Assembly: GCA_037447605.1 (NCBI GenBank)
Contig: CM074817.1
Coordinates: 620,001-684,000 of the forward strand
Reading direction: 5' to 3'
DNA length: 64,000 nt
DNA from: Zygnema circumcarinatum SAG 698-1b
Taxonomy: Eukaryota; Plantae; Zygnematophyceae
The notes below the pieces were generated by a model. It worked only from the letters and a program-made list of their open reading frames with translations. It was not told the DNA's origin and ran no database searches. A program made the position numbers and the translations under genes. Numbering within the stretch: the stretch's first letter is position 1; each line of letters begins with the position of its first letter. This document shows positions 1 to 12,218 of the stretch, one piece after another.

Positions 1-326
1 TTTTTGGTCACCAGTCAGAATGGCAATTAAAAGAGCTACAGCGGTCGAATTACTAGAATTTCTGAATTACAGTCGATTGCCATATTTTTCCTTAGCACTA
101 TGAATATGTAGAGATTATCCTTCCACGTGGACGTGGCGTCTGTCCAAGCCATTTCATAAAAGTTTTGGAACGTCGTACTGTTTTCATAGGCGATGTTCTC
201 ATCCTGTGACCGCCGGTCATCCACCTCCTGCAAGAGAACATGCTCTTGCATGTTTGCGAGATGTTTTACCTCTTATTCGGGTCTGTACGTTTTGCTTGCT
301 CACACGACTGGCCTGGTCATGTGCAG

Positions 327-976
327 CGGAGGCTCTCTCAAGGAGGGGAGAGACTCCTGGCAAAGGAGTCCGCCTGCACTTACTGCACGACGGGGGAGGA
401 GAGGTGGAGGTGTGGGCGACGCACGCGTGGGTCAGTCAGCATCCGGACCCTCCCTCCCTCCTGGCCAAGGGCTCCCTAATGATCCTACAGCCTTTACTAG
501 GTTACGGTTTACAGGATTCGTTCGTTCTTGTCAGTCATTTGTTTGGCAGATTTGAAGGTCCCTGAGCCAAGCCCTGTGCGCCCGTGCAGGTCCCGGCGCT
601 GTCGCGGCACGTGGCGGTGGAGCGGTCGGCGTGGGCGCGGGCGGGCGAGGCGTTGCTGGTGGCGGTGTTCCCGGCGGTGCACGTGTGGGAGAGCGTGGCG
701 GCGGTGCACCGCGCGGAGTGCGCGCGGTACAGCTGCTGCCTCGACTGGTGCTTCCTCGCGCCGCTCGCGCTCGTGCGCACCGCGGGGCTCGTCGCGGGGC
801 TGCTCGCGCTCTACCTCGTCCTCTACGCGCAGGCGCTCGCGCTGCGCCTCCACGACGCCGCGCGCCGCCTCTTCCTCCCCGCGCCGCCGCCCGGGGAGGC
901 GCCGGAGCCCAAGCGCCACCCCACCGCGCTGCTGCGCACGCCCGAGGGCCACCGCCTGCTGCGCAACATCGTCTAG
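327..976 (+). CDS. 3' part (probable last two exons, 327-430 and 590-976) of an unidentified protein with a C-terminal hydrophobic segment; 5' end not resolved
   Basis: tgcag acceptors before 327 and 590, donor GTCAGT at 431, in-frame join, strongly GC3-biased codons in 590-976 ending TAG (VPALSRHVAVERSAWARAGEALLVAVFPAVHVWE...YSCCLDWCFLAPLALVRTAGLVAGLLALYLVLYAQ...). Family not recognised. Confidence 0.5.
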
Positions 977-3685
977 AGGAGAGGAGAGGCCGAGAGGGCG
1001 ATCGAGCCGGAGAGGTCATCATCGCCTCAAGTGTGGGCGAGGGAGGCCGCTCGGTGCTCCCAAACGTGGACTGTTTTGGTCGAGTATGAATAAAACCGTG
1101 CCTTGATTTCATTTTCTTCTTTTTCATTCCCTCCCTTCGACTTCGATGTGGGGACGCATTTCGCCTGGAATTGTTGTTTGCATGCTACGAAAAGTTGTCA
1201 TGCAGCTGATGGCTATTGGCGCATCGGGGCGTCAGTACCAGTCAAGAGGATGGTGCGTGATTCCTGCTTCGATTATTACACGCATTTGGACGATTGCGGA
1301 AAAATAGTTGACAATTTAAGCAGTAGTTGTCGAACTAACGGTCCGTCGACCCGCCCACGCCACGCCGCATCCCCAAGCGCACTATCGCTTCAAGTGCCGG
1401 AGGACGGGCGAGGCCCTCCGCACGCGCGCGTCGTGACGCGTCACCGCGGTCACGGAGGGCGGGACCGCCGTACGGACGGACGCTCCGCCCGAGAGAAGAA
1501 GAGAAGATGCGCAGGGAGGCGGCGAGGGCGCCAGCGGTGCGCCACGCCGTGTCGCGTCACGGCGGCGTTCGCTGGCGGCGGCCTCGCCTCTCCTTCCGTC
1601 CCGCCGCTCGGCTTCAAAAATAAGATGAGCACAAGTGGTCGTTCAAGTTTCGATTTCGAGTTGACGCTGCGCTGCGCGTGCCGCGAATCAATCAACCGAC
1701 CGACCACTCGCGAGCCGCGCGGAGGCCGCCTCCGTCCGTCCTCTTCCTGCGCGTCCCGACGCCGCGGAGGCGGCAGGCACCGAGGGCGGGCGCGAGGCCA
1801 AACCAAATGTGAAAATGAGATGTGAAATGTTCCTCGATTCGCGCGAGACTCGATTCCACCCGCAGCCCCCGCAACAATGTGGTGGTGGACCCACGAGTTC
1901 AACTTATCCCGACCTGACCCAGCGTGGATCCAGCACGTGCTGCGGGACAGCGCACAGGCCCGCGCCGTACCGTACGAACGGCGGTCGGCGCAGTTCAACC
2001 CGCCGAAGCAGGCCACACCTCCCCCGCGCCGCTCCACCGGGCAGATCCGCAAACTTTCCGGTCGGCCCCCGGCTCTGGGCAGGCCTCGAGCCCCTCTCAC
2101 TGGCCGGCCCGTGCGCGGGCAGGCCCGGGGAACGTTTCGTGCGCCGGGCAGGGCCTCGTCTCGCTTCGCGGGCTGCCCGCGAGGGGCGGTTCCGTGCGAG
2201 GGCGCTTTTAGGGTTCCCGCGCGCTAGCGGGTCCGCGCTGACGCAGGCGCGGGACGGACGGACGCACGGACGGAAGGACACGTGGCGCGGAGGGGCGGCC
2301 CGGGAGGAGGGAGGGAGGAAGGAAGTCGCCAGCCATGGCCGCGGGCAAGACGGAGCGGGGACGCGGGCCGTGCCTGGGGAAGGACCGCCGCCGCTAGCCC
2401 GCCTCGCCGCCAGCTGCTGGCTCTGAGGCGGGGAGGACCAGCATTTCCAGCTGTCGGAGTTTGAATTCGAGGGAGGCTTTCAGTTCTCTTCAAGGTGGCT
2501 TCTGGCTTGAAGCAAAGAGAGCTCTATGTTTTTGGTTGTTATATTCTCTTCCCATCATATTTTCTCTACCCTTGGTCTTATCCTCTGCTGCTGCTCTCCT
2601 CCTCTTGTTTTTCACTTTCTCCTCGGGTACCCTTCCCCTCTTTACCGTCCCCCTCTTTCCCTTCCTCTGGCTTGCCTCTTTCCTCGTTTTACCCCCTTTA
2701 ACTTTCGGTCTGTCTCCTTGCCCTTCCAAAGCCCCCTCCCACCCATTTTTTTTTCTCCTTTCCATTTTTGCTCTCTTCTGTCCTCTTCTTCACTTTCTGT
2801 TGCTGTTCTCCGCTGTCAAATTTCACTTTCTCTCTCCTACCCCATTCTCTCTCCGTATCTCCCACTCCCTCCGCCTCCCTCCTTTTTATTTCTGCCCTCG
2901 CACTTCCTCCTTTCAAGGCCCCTCCCATCCGAACTTCCTCCAGACATAAAAAGGTTTTCCAACGCTTCCGCGTCCGTTTTGAGCTTGTCGCGAAGCCGTA
3001 AATTCAACTTAAAACTTGACGAATTTGATCAAGAAACCGGAGCAAAGTTTGGCATTTTTTAGGCCAAGAATGGCTTTTTGCGGCTATTGCAGTCTGTATT
3101 AGTCTTCCTCGTTCTGCCCTCACGCGCTGAATGCATGCCGGGCCCTATGCAGGACCTCGCTCTCATTCGCAGGACGGGGTCAACGGGAAAGGCGAAACAT
3201 ATCGTGCATTCAAGCAGTTAGTACTCTTTCAAGTCTGTTTATTTTTTTTCCGCTTTACATCTTAAGTTGAGGTGGGCTCAATTAACCTGCTTTCTGGTCC
3301 TTAGGGTTGCCGAAGGGCGGTCACTTTGGCACCTTGAGTTGAACCTTTACCTTTTCACTTTATGCTACAACGTCTCTCTGTCCTCCCTTCGTCCCCACTC
3401 GTCTCCTTGTTAGGATCATGCATTCATTTGCTGCATTTCGGGTCACACATTACCGCCCCCCTTTCTTCTTCAGGACGAAAATGTGAAAGGGGTTCACTAA
3501 TGAAAGGGACTGTTTCTGGTTGGCATGTTGTTCATGTGACTGCTCACATTGCACTACTTTGCTGTGTGACAAAATTTGCAGATTGGTGGAGCGCCCCCAT
3601 CTGCAGACTTGTCCCCGGCAAAACTCTTGGCAACAGAGTTTCAACATCGAGTTTCAGTGTTTTGGAGGAGAGGAGGGCTAGCGCC

Positions 3686-6600
3686 ATGATGGCGAGCCCT
3701 TCACGCACGGACACATCAAATGAAATAGATGGTGATGCGAAGGTAGACTCCTGGGTAAATGTCGAAACTGACTGGCGGCGTGCTTAGGCCTGCATGCGGG
3801 AGGGGCTAACATGACTTTGCGGTGAAGTGCAAACTCGTTTCCGCTGCCTGCTTGCGGGCTGAAGTCCTCAAGGGATGAGAAACCCAGGAGCCCATTCTGC
3901 CATAGTTTTGAAACCCAATGATCCAGAAATCTGAGAAACTTTGAAATCTGGCACTCGCACGCCCCAAAACATAAGAATCATAAGGGTCTTCCATACTGCA
4001 ACTTGAATGTCCTGAAAACCCTAGGGGTTCCGACTAACAAAGGATAGGAAAAATGAATGATCGTAATACTTAAAGAATAGTGAACTCTCCCTGGTTTACA
4101 AAGATGTACTCCCTTTTCTAGTTTGAAATGTTCTAGAACTTTTAAGTACCCATAAACTCCTGATGTCCTTTAAAGGGGATTTGCGACTATACCTTCACTT
4201 TTCCCATCAACCCTGGAAGCTCTGAATTTTGAATTTCAAGACCATTTAACAACCTTCAAGTCTCGAAAGGAGCTATTAACCCGAAAAAATCTGCAAACTT
4301 TTGCATAGAACAGTTGACGCATTTAGGATTGCGTATGGAGCTAGAGGAATGGGGATGGAGATACTGTGAATTGCTGGCGTTCGGTTTGGTTATCGGGGAT
4401 GTGGAGTATGGCTTTGGTTAGGAACTTGCAAAATCAGTTCTTGAGAGGTCCTTCCGTTGTTGGGAGCTCAGTTTGTTAGTGTTGAAAAACCGGCTTTCAT
4501 GTAAGTCGGATGTAAAATAGTCAATGTTCGGCCAAACGGAATTAGTTTTAGAGCACCTGTTTGAGGGGAATGGGGGAACGTGTTGTCTTGCCTTTCAGTT
4601 GGACGAAAATCAATTGGTGGGACCTGTGACGGGACCTTTGGTGGCCACCGGGAACAGTTCGGACCTCGATAAAAACGGGGACTCAAAAGTAAGAATATAA
4701 CAACAGATCCACGGGCTGTGGCTATGAAAACTCGAAAGCTTTGAAATAGCCGTCAGGCAGGTGCTAGTACGCAATGCGGTTGTGTTGGGATGTCTTATGA
4801 TTACATCTTTCATATGGGGTTAGCGTTTTAGGCTTCTCTTAGTTGTGTACTCTTTTCTTGTCAAATGACTGTCCATTATAAGATGATGCTGTCACGAGCT
4901 CGAGTTTGTGAGGCCGTAGAGTCTCGAGCTTCGAGCACTATTTGATCGGGTTCTCCCGAGTTGGGGGGGAGAACCCATGAAGCAGAGCTTGCGGAGACTG
5001 GCTCAGAACCGGGAGGCCGCACGGAAAAGCCGACTCAGGAAAAAGGTGATCAGCTTTCCTCCGTCACTCTTCGTCGTCTTGTCGCCAAACGGCTGCCCTC
5101 CCTCGCTTTCCCCTCATTCTTTCGCTTGTGCCTAACATAAGGTGTGCACTCTACTGTGGGTTGTCGTAGTCAAGTGCGAGTTGTGTGGAGATGTCAGGAA
5201 TTAATCTTTGCAGGCTTCTGAAGTTAAGATGCACGAGCTTGTGAGCTGTGCAGATGGTTTGAAAACTGTAAAATTCCTGAAAATTTGGAAACCGTGGGTT
5301 TATTGGGTCTTGGACCCAAAGGCTCGAAGACCCTCCACTTTCTTAGTGATCTGGCTAAGGACAAATACTGAGAAGCCTATCGCTAAAATGTTCTTGCAGC
5401 CTCAATGACCCTGAAGGCCTATATCTCCCAGAATCCAAGAACTCAAGAACATCTAACCCCCCAGAAAGCCCAAGAACCCTAGCCTTTTCGACACCCAAAT
5501 AACCTAAGCCAGACCTCATAATGGACTCAAACGCAACTCTTTCTGAGTGATTGCCCAAAACCTGGAAAGGGGTGAAAGTCCCGGAAAACTCAAACCCTAA
5601 ACTTTTGTGCAAGCATGTGCGCCCCCCTCCTCCCTCCCTTCCTCCCTCCCTCCCTCCTTCCCGCAGGCATATGTGCAGCAGTTGGAGTCCTCGCGCATCC
5701 GCCTGCAGCAGTTGGAGCAGGAACTGCAGCGGGCCCGCAGCCAGGCAAGCCGCTCTCGTCTCTGGACTTCACTCGTTCGCACCTCTCTGCCTCCCTCCTC
5801 CCCGTCTTTCCCGTCTCGTGTGATTTTACATCCATGCCTTTGACGTGTGCCTCCATTTGCCTTTTTCCCTTTGGATGTTTTTGGTGTTTTCACTTAATGT
5901 GTGAAGAGATGAAGCCTCTGCGTCCTCTGCATCTTGGCTTTGTCTTTTAACACTGTGCTTGCGCTCTCTCGCTCTCTCTGACCCACACTCTCTCTCTCTC
6001 TCTCCCTGGTGGGGTGCAGAGTGCGGCGAGTGCGGATGGCAGTGGCACTCATGCGGCGCCCGCGGCATCCCTGACAGCTCCAAACGTGAACCCGGGTAGG
6101 CTGCGGGATGGGCGGGTAGTTGAGTGATTGATGAATTGTCCTCACAAAGCAGAGCAGAGTCATGTCTTTCGCTGCGCCTCTCTCCTGGAAGGGCACATGA
6201 AATCCTGGGGACTCTAAAAGTCAACATGGCATACCTTGGCAGTGAGAGCTGAACTGCTTCACATGTGCGTTTTTTCTCAAGAGGATTTGCAAATGTCCGT
6301 TTTATTTATTCACGATAGTTTACAGTGTTTTTTTTATTCAGGTGCCGCTGCTTTTGACCTGGAGTATGCGCGATGGGTGGAGGAACAGCATCGCCAGATG
6401 TGTGACCTCAGAGCTGCCCTCCAGTCCAGACTGGGAGATGCAGAGCTTCGTGGTTTGGTATGCTCCCTCTCTACCTCCCTCTCCCATCCTCCCCGCGCTC
6501 CTCCCACCGCCCTCCCCTCCTGTGAGAGAGAGGGGATATTCCCTCCCCACCTTTCTTCATGCTCTTTCTTCCCTTCTGACTACTAAGTTTGAAGTGATTT

Positions 6601-8086
6601 GCTTTTCTCAAGATGACGGCACTTTCAAGGTGCGATATATTTTTGCTAGAGTAAACATTTTATCGGCTTAGTATGAAGGTTCTATCTGAATTTCGCGAGA
6701 TTTTGGAAGCTTATGACCGATTGCTGGGATATGGTCCGTGTTTGGAGGAATGTCAGGTGGATGGAGTGATGACCCATTATGAAGAGCTGTTCCGGCTGAA
6801 GGGGCAGGCGGCCAAGGCCGACGTTTTCCACCTCGTGTCGGGCATGTGGAAGACTCCCGCAGAGCGCTGCTTCATGTGGATGGGGGGCTTCCGCCCCTCC
6901 GAACTGCTCAAGGTGTGCGTCTAACCCCTACAACCCCTCCAGAAAACTGCTGTGAGAAGTGCTCCCTCTCTGAGCTTCACCTGCGAAGCCCTTGCTTGCC
7001 AGCTAGCCACGTGGCTGCGTGTCTGATCAGCCCGGGGTAAGGGCTCTCTTTGACGCAGGCCCCTCGGCCTGATTTAGTGTGCTCGCCACATTGGTTCCTA
7101 TGCTGTGCTTGCTTATGATATGGCAATACAATACAATATGGGCAACTCGACTCTGTACCCTCCCTGCGCCTTGTCACAACACACACCGAAAGCCACCAAG
7201 ACTCTCCAGTGTAAAGCCGGCGCTAAGTCCTAAACCAAATTGTGGGATATGCCATTTGTGTCCAGATTCTGATCCCCCAGATCGAGCCTCTGACGGAGCA
7301 GCAGCTGGTGGGCATCTGCAACCTGCAGCAGTCCTCGCAGCAGGCGGAGGACGCCCTCTCGCAGGGGATGGAGGCGCTGCAGCAGTCGCTCGCGGACACG
7401 CTCAGCGCGGGCTCGCTGGGGGCGTCCTCCAACGTGGCCAACTACATGGGGCAGATGGCCATGGCCATGGGGAAGCTGGGGACCCTGGAGTCCTTCGTCC
7501 GCCAGGTATGAATGACCTCCAGAAGAAAAAGAAAAAAAAGCTCCAAAGGAAAAAGAGGAAGGAAGCAAACAAAGAATCGAAAGGAAAGGAGAGCGAAGGA
7601 TTTATAGGGACATTTCAATTTGAAAGACTCAAAGCAATTGATCTCCTGGTGAATGTCACTTTCAACGCGCATTCGGTTGGGGAGGTTTGAAGATTTTCTG
7701 GACGTAATTCACCTACCGATGCGCAATAGTCTTTGAGTGACTCTTTAGGCTACAGCTACCCAAGTTGGTCGAGAAGCCGTGACTTCCTTAACTCCCCAAA
7801 ATATTAGAGTCGTTAAGTCCCTTAGAACCTTGAAATGCTAAATTTTACATGGCTTGAAGTGCAAATGTCGAAGGAAGCGAAAGACATTTGGAGGCTACCG
7901 CAGACTGTACAGTCTTGACCCCCTGTGTGGGTTTGGCAGGCTGACAGTCTACGGCAGCAGACCCTGCAGCAGATGCACCGCATTCTGACGACCCGGCAAG
8001 CGGCCCGCGGCCTCCTGGCGATGGGGGACTACTTCGCGCGTCTGCGGGCCCTCAGCTCGCTCTGGTCGGCACGCCCGCGCGAGTGA
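3686..8086 (+). CDS. TGA: TGA-type bZIP transcription factor (bZIP + DOG1/TGA C-terminal domain), 9 coding exons, 339 aa if the ATG at 3686 is the start
   Basis: Exons 3686-3742, 4599-4688, 4986-5045, 5667-5744, 6020-6095, 6342-6457, 6757-6912, 7266-7505, 7940-8086 sum to 1020 nt in frame. Translation gives MMASPSRTDTS, SLRRLAQNREAARKSRLRKKAYVQQLE, FDLEYARWVEEQHR, ADVFHLVSGMWKTPAERCFMWMGGFRPSELLK, LEPLTEQQL-like segment and LRALSSLWSARPRE*, all hallmark TGA motifs. The frame is open upstream of the ATG within the exon starting 3658, so an N-terminal extension is possible. Confidence 0.95.
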
Positions 8087-9399
8087 CAGCACGCGGCTGC
8101 CCTGCGGGGGAGATCGGCTTCTTAAAGGGGAGGCTGCCGGGAACTCGGGCGAGGGAAACAAAGCACACACATGCCCCTAAATAGCACATGCCGGAGTACT
8201 ACTTTTCTATACCTTCACCATAGAAAAGTCAGTTTCGGCTTCACAGGAAGTGTAGGCAGAGCAGCCATATGGTCGGGAGGTGTTTTTGTTATTCCTTTCC
8301 GTCCCCTCGACGCAGAGCGCTTGTCTAGCGAGAGGAAGGCGCAAGAGGTATTTTGCCGGCAACGATCTGTTGCCCACACTGGCTCCTCTTTCAAGACTCT
8401 CCTGCGTCCCCTTGTGCTTATAGCGCAGCAGAGGTCGGAGGTTGGTCCAAATGTCCGCTGCAGAGTCAGGCGTGTGCCCGCACCACTAAAGGTGTGTATT
8501 CGTGAAAAGAGGCGGCGAGACGCGTCAGGTCTGCAGTGAAGAGTGAGAGTGAGAGTACGCCCTCTCTCTGTACCAAACTAGCAGTAGCCCTGCCGATGCG
8601 GACTAGACTACCTATTGGCGGGATAGTCTTACATATAGGAGCTCACAGGAAGGCAGTTCAGTGCTTGACTGAGTTTAGCCATCATCGCGATTTTCTCCTG
8701 AGACGTTCAAATCCTACCTTCACTTCTTGTGTACGAGGAGCGGAACTGTGTGTGGATTTCATTGGCAGGGAATGACAGATGTGCCGTATGCTCCCTGGAC
8801 GTCGGTATGCAACTTTGAAGCATGTCCAAGTGTCGAACCTAAGCGAAGAATGGTTGGGTTCACAGTCCATGCACTGCCATGCCACGCCACCATGGCGGCA
8901 GGAGCAGCAGCTGAAAGGGGCTCCGCGCTTCCCCCATGCGCATGCCTCACCCGTGCGGCCTGGGAACACCCAATCCATGCTATGCTCTGCAAGACCTCCC
9001 ATAGCCTTCATAGAACACCCTTAATAGAAGCCGCGGCCACTCGCTCATGACAGGAACGGACAGTGTCAGGGTTTCATAGGGATGTCACAAAAATTAATGA
9101 AATAATGGCAAATCCAAACAGCGTAGAACTACTAACTCTAGGTACTAAACTGCGCACCAAGTCTGGGCGATGATTCCAAATGCAGCCTACATCACGAGTG
9201 CCCCTCCATGGCTGCTTTCTGCAGCTGTCCGTCTTCCCAATCATAAGGAAAGTACACTCTACTCTATGCGATCTCTGTTTTGCGGAAAGGCTCCGCAAGG
9301 GATGCAAAAATTCCGTCTTTAAGGGTAGCGCTTTACAAGCTGGACCACAAGCAGGCCTGAAGCCTATTGCGTGGGACCAAAGAAATGTTTTTGCGAAAA

Positions 9400-11648
9400 T
9401 TAAGGCTTGAACCATATAACAACGGACAGAGCAATGAACAGACAGGTGTTCAAGACAGGCGCACGCCGCCTTTGGCTCACCCCTCCAGTTTGAGGGTCTT
9501 TAGGGTTTGTAGGGGGAGGCTCGGAGGGTGGCAGCGGGGTGAAAGCTTGGGAGTCGGGCGGCGGCGGAGCCGCGTCTGCCGATGCGGGAGGAGGCTCGTA
9601 CGTCTGCGGCTCAAGCGGCGCCGGGGCCGACAAGGGAGGGGGAGGCGGCGCTACTCGGCGCTGAAGCTGCCCTCTCACGGCCCCTGCTCTCGCATCACAT
9701 GGCAATGGCTGCGTGTCAATGTCCCTTGTAACTTCGCAAGGCAGTCTGAAAATTTGTCTATTCTTTGTTTGTTTTCTCCGCCCCCATATTCATTACAATT
9801 GCATGCTGCATGTTGGAGATATATACCTTGAGGCAGTCTTGTTGTTGCCAATTGAAAGAAATATGAAGATGGTGATTGAAGAACCTCCTCTATTATGCTC
9901 ACGTTCACCGCTTCATAGCCTCGAAATGCTTGATTTGCATTCAAGGAGCTGAGACGAATTGCAGCAGTGAAATCGACCAGAATGGACCCAGACGAGTTAG
10001 CAGCTCCGGCGTAAAGAGCTGCAGAAGTGATATTGCTCAACAGCAGCGTTGAAATGCTCAGATAAACGGGCCAAGAGGTGTTCGAACTTGCATTGGAATG
10101 AACAAAGAGATACACTTCTGCGCTTTGTAGATCCGATGGATTTCTTATTGGAGAAACGTCACTTCCAGTCAAGTTCGCACCAAGAATGTCATCTGCATTT
10201 TAAGACACAACCCAGAGTATCAGTTTCCAAGCAGCTGTAAGGAAGTGTTCTTGCAAAATCAAACAAGAGTAACAGATGCACAATTTAACAGATGCACAAC
10301 GTTATGAAGCGAGTAGAGAAAGGTGGCATCTCATGTTATTTACGTTAAGTTTGATGCAAACATAAACATTACAGCTCTAGACCCACTTCCTCAAGTGGAC
10401 ATAAGTTCATCACCTAATCATCTCCGATAAGGAGGGTCTGGAATGCACATTTGACACAGCAAGTGATATGTCGTGTTTTTCCTTACCCGGACTCAGTCCC
10501 ACACCGCCGGCTACCGAATCATCCTCCAGCTGCCCCCTTATAGCTCCTGCAGCGTGACACCCCGTCCAATGCCCATGCGGTGGCATTAAAATCAGTATTC
10601 GTACAACCAATTTAAATGACCAAATGCACGAAAGCTGGCTCACGATGGACAGGATACGCCGTTTGAAGGCATACTAGTTAAGGTAACGAAATGTCAAATA
10701 ACTCAACTAACTTAACTTAGGTAACTTGTCAACCGGCTAGATAAGAAAAAAAATGCGAATCAGAGCTATGTTCTGCTTTCCTTGTTGAGAGGTTAAGCAC
10801 AATCAACATCAATCAATCATCAATCAATCAATCATCAATCATCAATCAATCATGGTGGGTGTAGCTCCACCATGCGTACTCCCAAACGCTTGGTCGCTCC
10901 ATGATGCCTAAAGCCTACATACTCTTGCACACAGTGTATCTAATTATCCCTCCTACTTTACTGCGAAAAATTCAACTATCACAAGGTTGGGCCAACCACG
11001 CCACATTGTATTGTTTTCGAGCTCGTCTGCACCGAATTGATTGTCTCGACTAGAAGAAATTTCAATGTATTGCTTGCCTCTCCGACCAAGCGGTTCCTTT
11101 CTCAGAGCCCCATGGCGCTGCACTGTGAGCTATGTGACGAACTCACCGTGCGGGCTTTGCGCAGTGAGAACTTGCACATAGAACTCATCCGGAGTGGCGT
11201 AGATGGCGTCGGCAAGAGTGGTCGAAATGTTTTTGGATACAGTCACCAAAACCGATTCGTTTGAAGCCCGGCCTTTAGCAGCAGTGATGCTACGATTGAA
11301 GTTCACTGAGGGATAATTGGCATTTGCATCCGCAGATGCTTGATAGACACCTCCTCCAGTGATGTTTGAAAGACCGGTCAGCTTAAGACTTAGAGTAATA
11401 CGAGAAGTTGTGGAATTGAGATAATGCAGGCGAACGTATGCAAATCCATATACGGGTCCCAAAATGTTCGCTAGTTTAATCCCTATAGGGGGCGGAGCAT
11501 ACAATTCCGCCGCGGAAGTCAGGTAAGCGTTTAGGTTGCCTGCGCGAGTGATTGCGATCCAGCCTTGCTCCTGTCCCTGAGCGATCGCGACACGGCTGGC
11601 TATGAGCCATGCGGCAAAGATCACACAAAAACTTCTGTACCACCTCAT
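9400..11648 (-). CDS. Secreted protein: signal peptide, two CHRD-like domains, Pro-rich stalk, C-terminal hydrophobic (GPI-signal-like) tail; 4 exons, 403 aa
   Basis: Exons 11648-11147, 10546-10487, 10192-9827, 9683-9400 sum to 1212 nt in frame with GT-AG sites. N-term MRWYRSFCVIFAAWLIASRVAIAQG. Each domain ends FYVQVLTAQSPHG-AIRGQL / YFFQLATTRLPQG-AVRGQL, matching the CHRD C-terminal Y-v-nv-hT...P.G-eiRGQl pattern. Ends GGVSQRRRAPVLNTCLFIALSVVIWFKP*. Confidence 0.75.
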
Positions 11649-12218
11649 TGCGCCTATTGTCCACCCACTCATCACATTTTCTTCATTTCTCGTTGTGTCG
11701 ACGGAGAGCGAAGCGATGCCAGCGCCTGTCAGCGGTGTACGAAGGACGCCTCAAAGTCTGGGCGATAGCAATAAGGTTGAGTCCCGCGGTGCGGCCTTCC
11801 CGCCGAGCAGGCATCCTCCACCGCCTGCTGCCATAGCCTGCGGGCGGGCGGGCGGCGGAACAGGGCAGGGCAGGGTGGAGCAAGGCGGAGGGAGGACGGG
11901 CAGGCGGGCCTGTCCGCGGCGTCGGAGAGAGAGAGGGAGGGAGGGGGGCTGCTTCGGGCGGCAGGCTCGTCCATCCGTCGGTACAGCCAAGTCAGCCCTT
12001 GATAAAATCATCACCGCCCGACCGCCTGCCCTCGTTAAAGTCAACGCGCCTCCTGCAGGCGCGGCCGTACGGCTCCGGCGGCAAAGTCTGAAGGAGAAAG
12101 TGAGCGAAGGCCTGTTCGTGATGCGCCTGTGGGTGTGGGCCCCGGGAGCTCAGCCACTTGCAAGTGCTGGGAGGGAGGGCGAGAGGGCGGGAGGAGCGAG
12201 GTGAGGCGAGGCGAGGCC

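Noticed and set aside
36-251. Minus-strand 71-aa ORF with protein-like composition (QEVDDRRSQDENIAYEN...)
   Set aside because: No recognisable motif, at the window edge, and opposite a probable intron of the plus-strand gene; cannot be supported.
509-1127. Several overlapping Arg/Ala/Pro-rich ORFs on both strands
   Set aside because: GC-rich shadow frames of the exon at 590-976.
9074-9415. Alternative hydrophobic C-terminus for the CHRD-like gene via a GTGAGC donor at 9480
   Set aside because: No phase-matched strong acceptor; read-through to TAA at 9400 already gives a coherent GPI-like tail.
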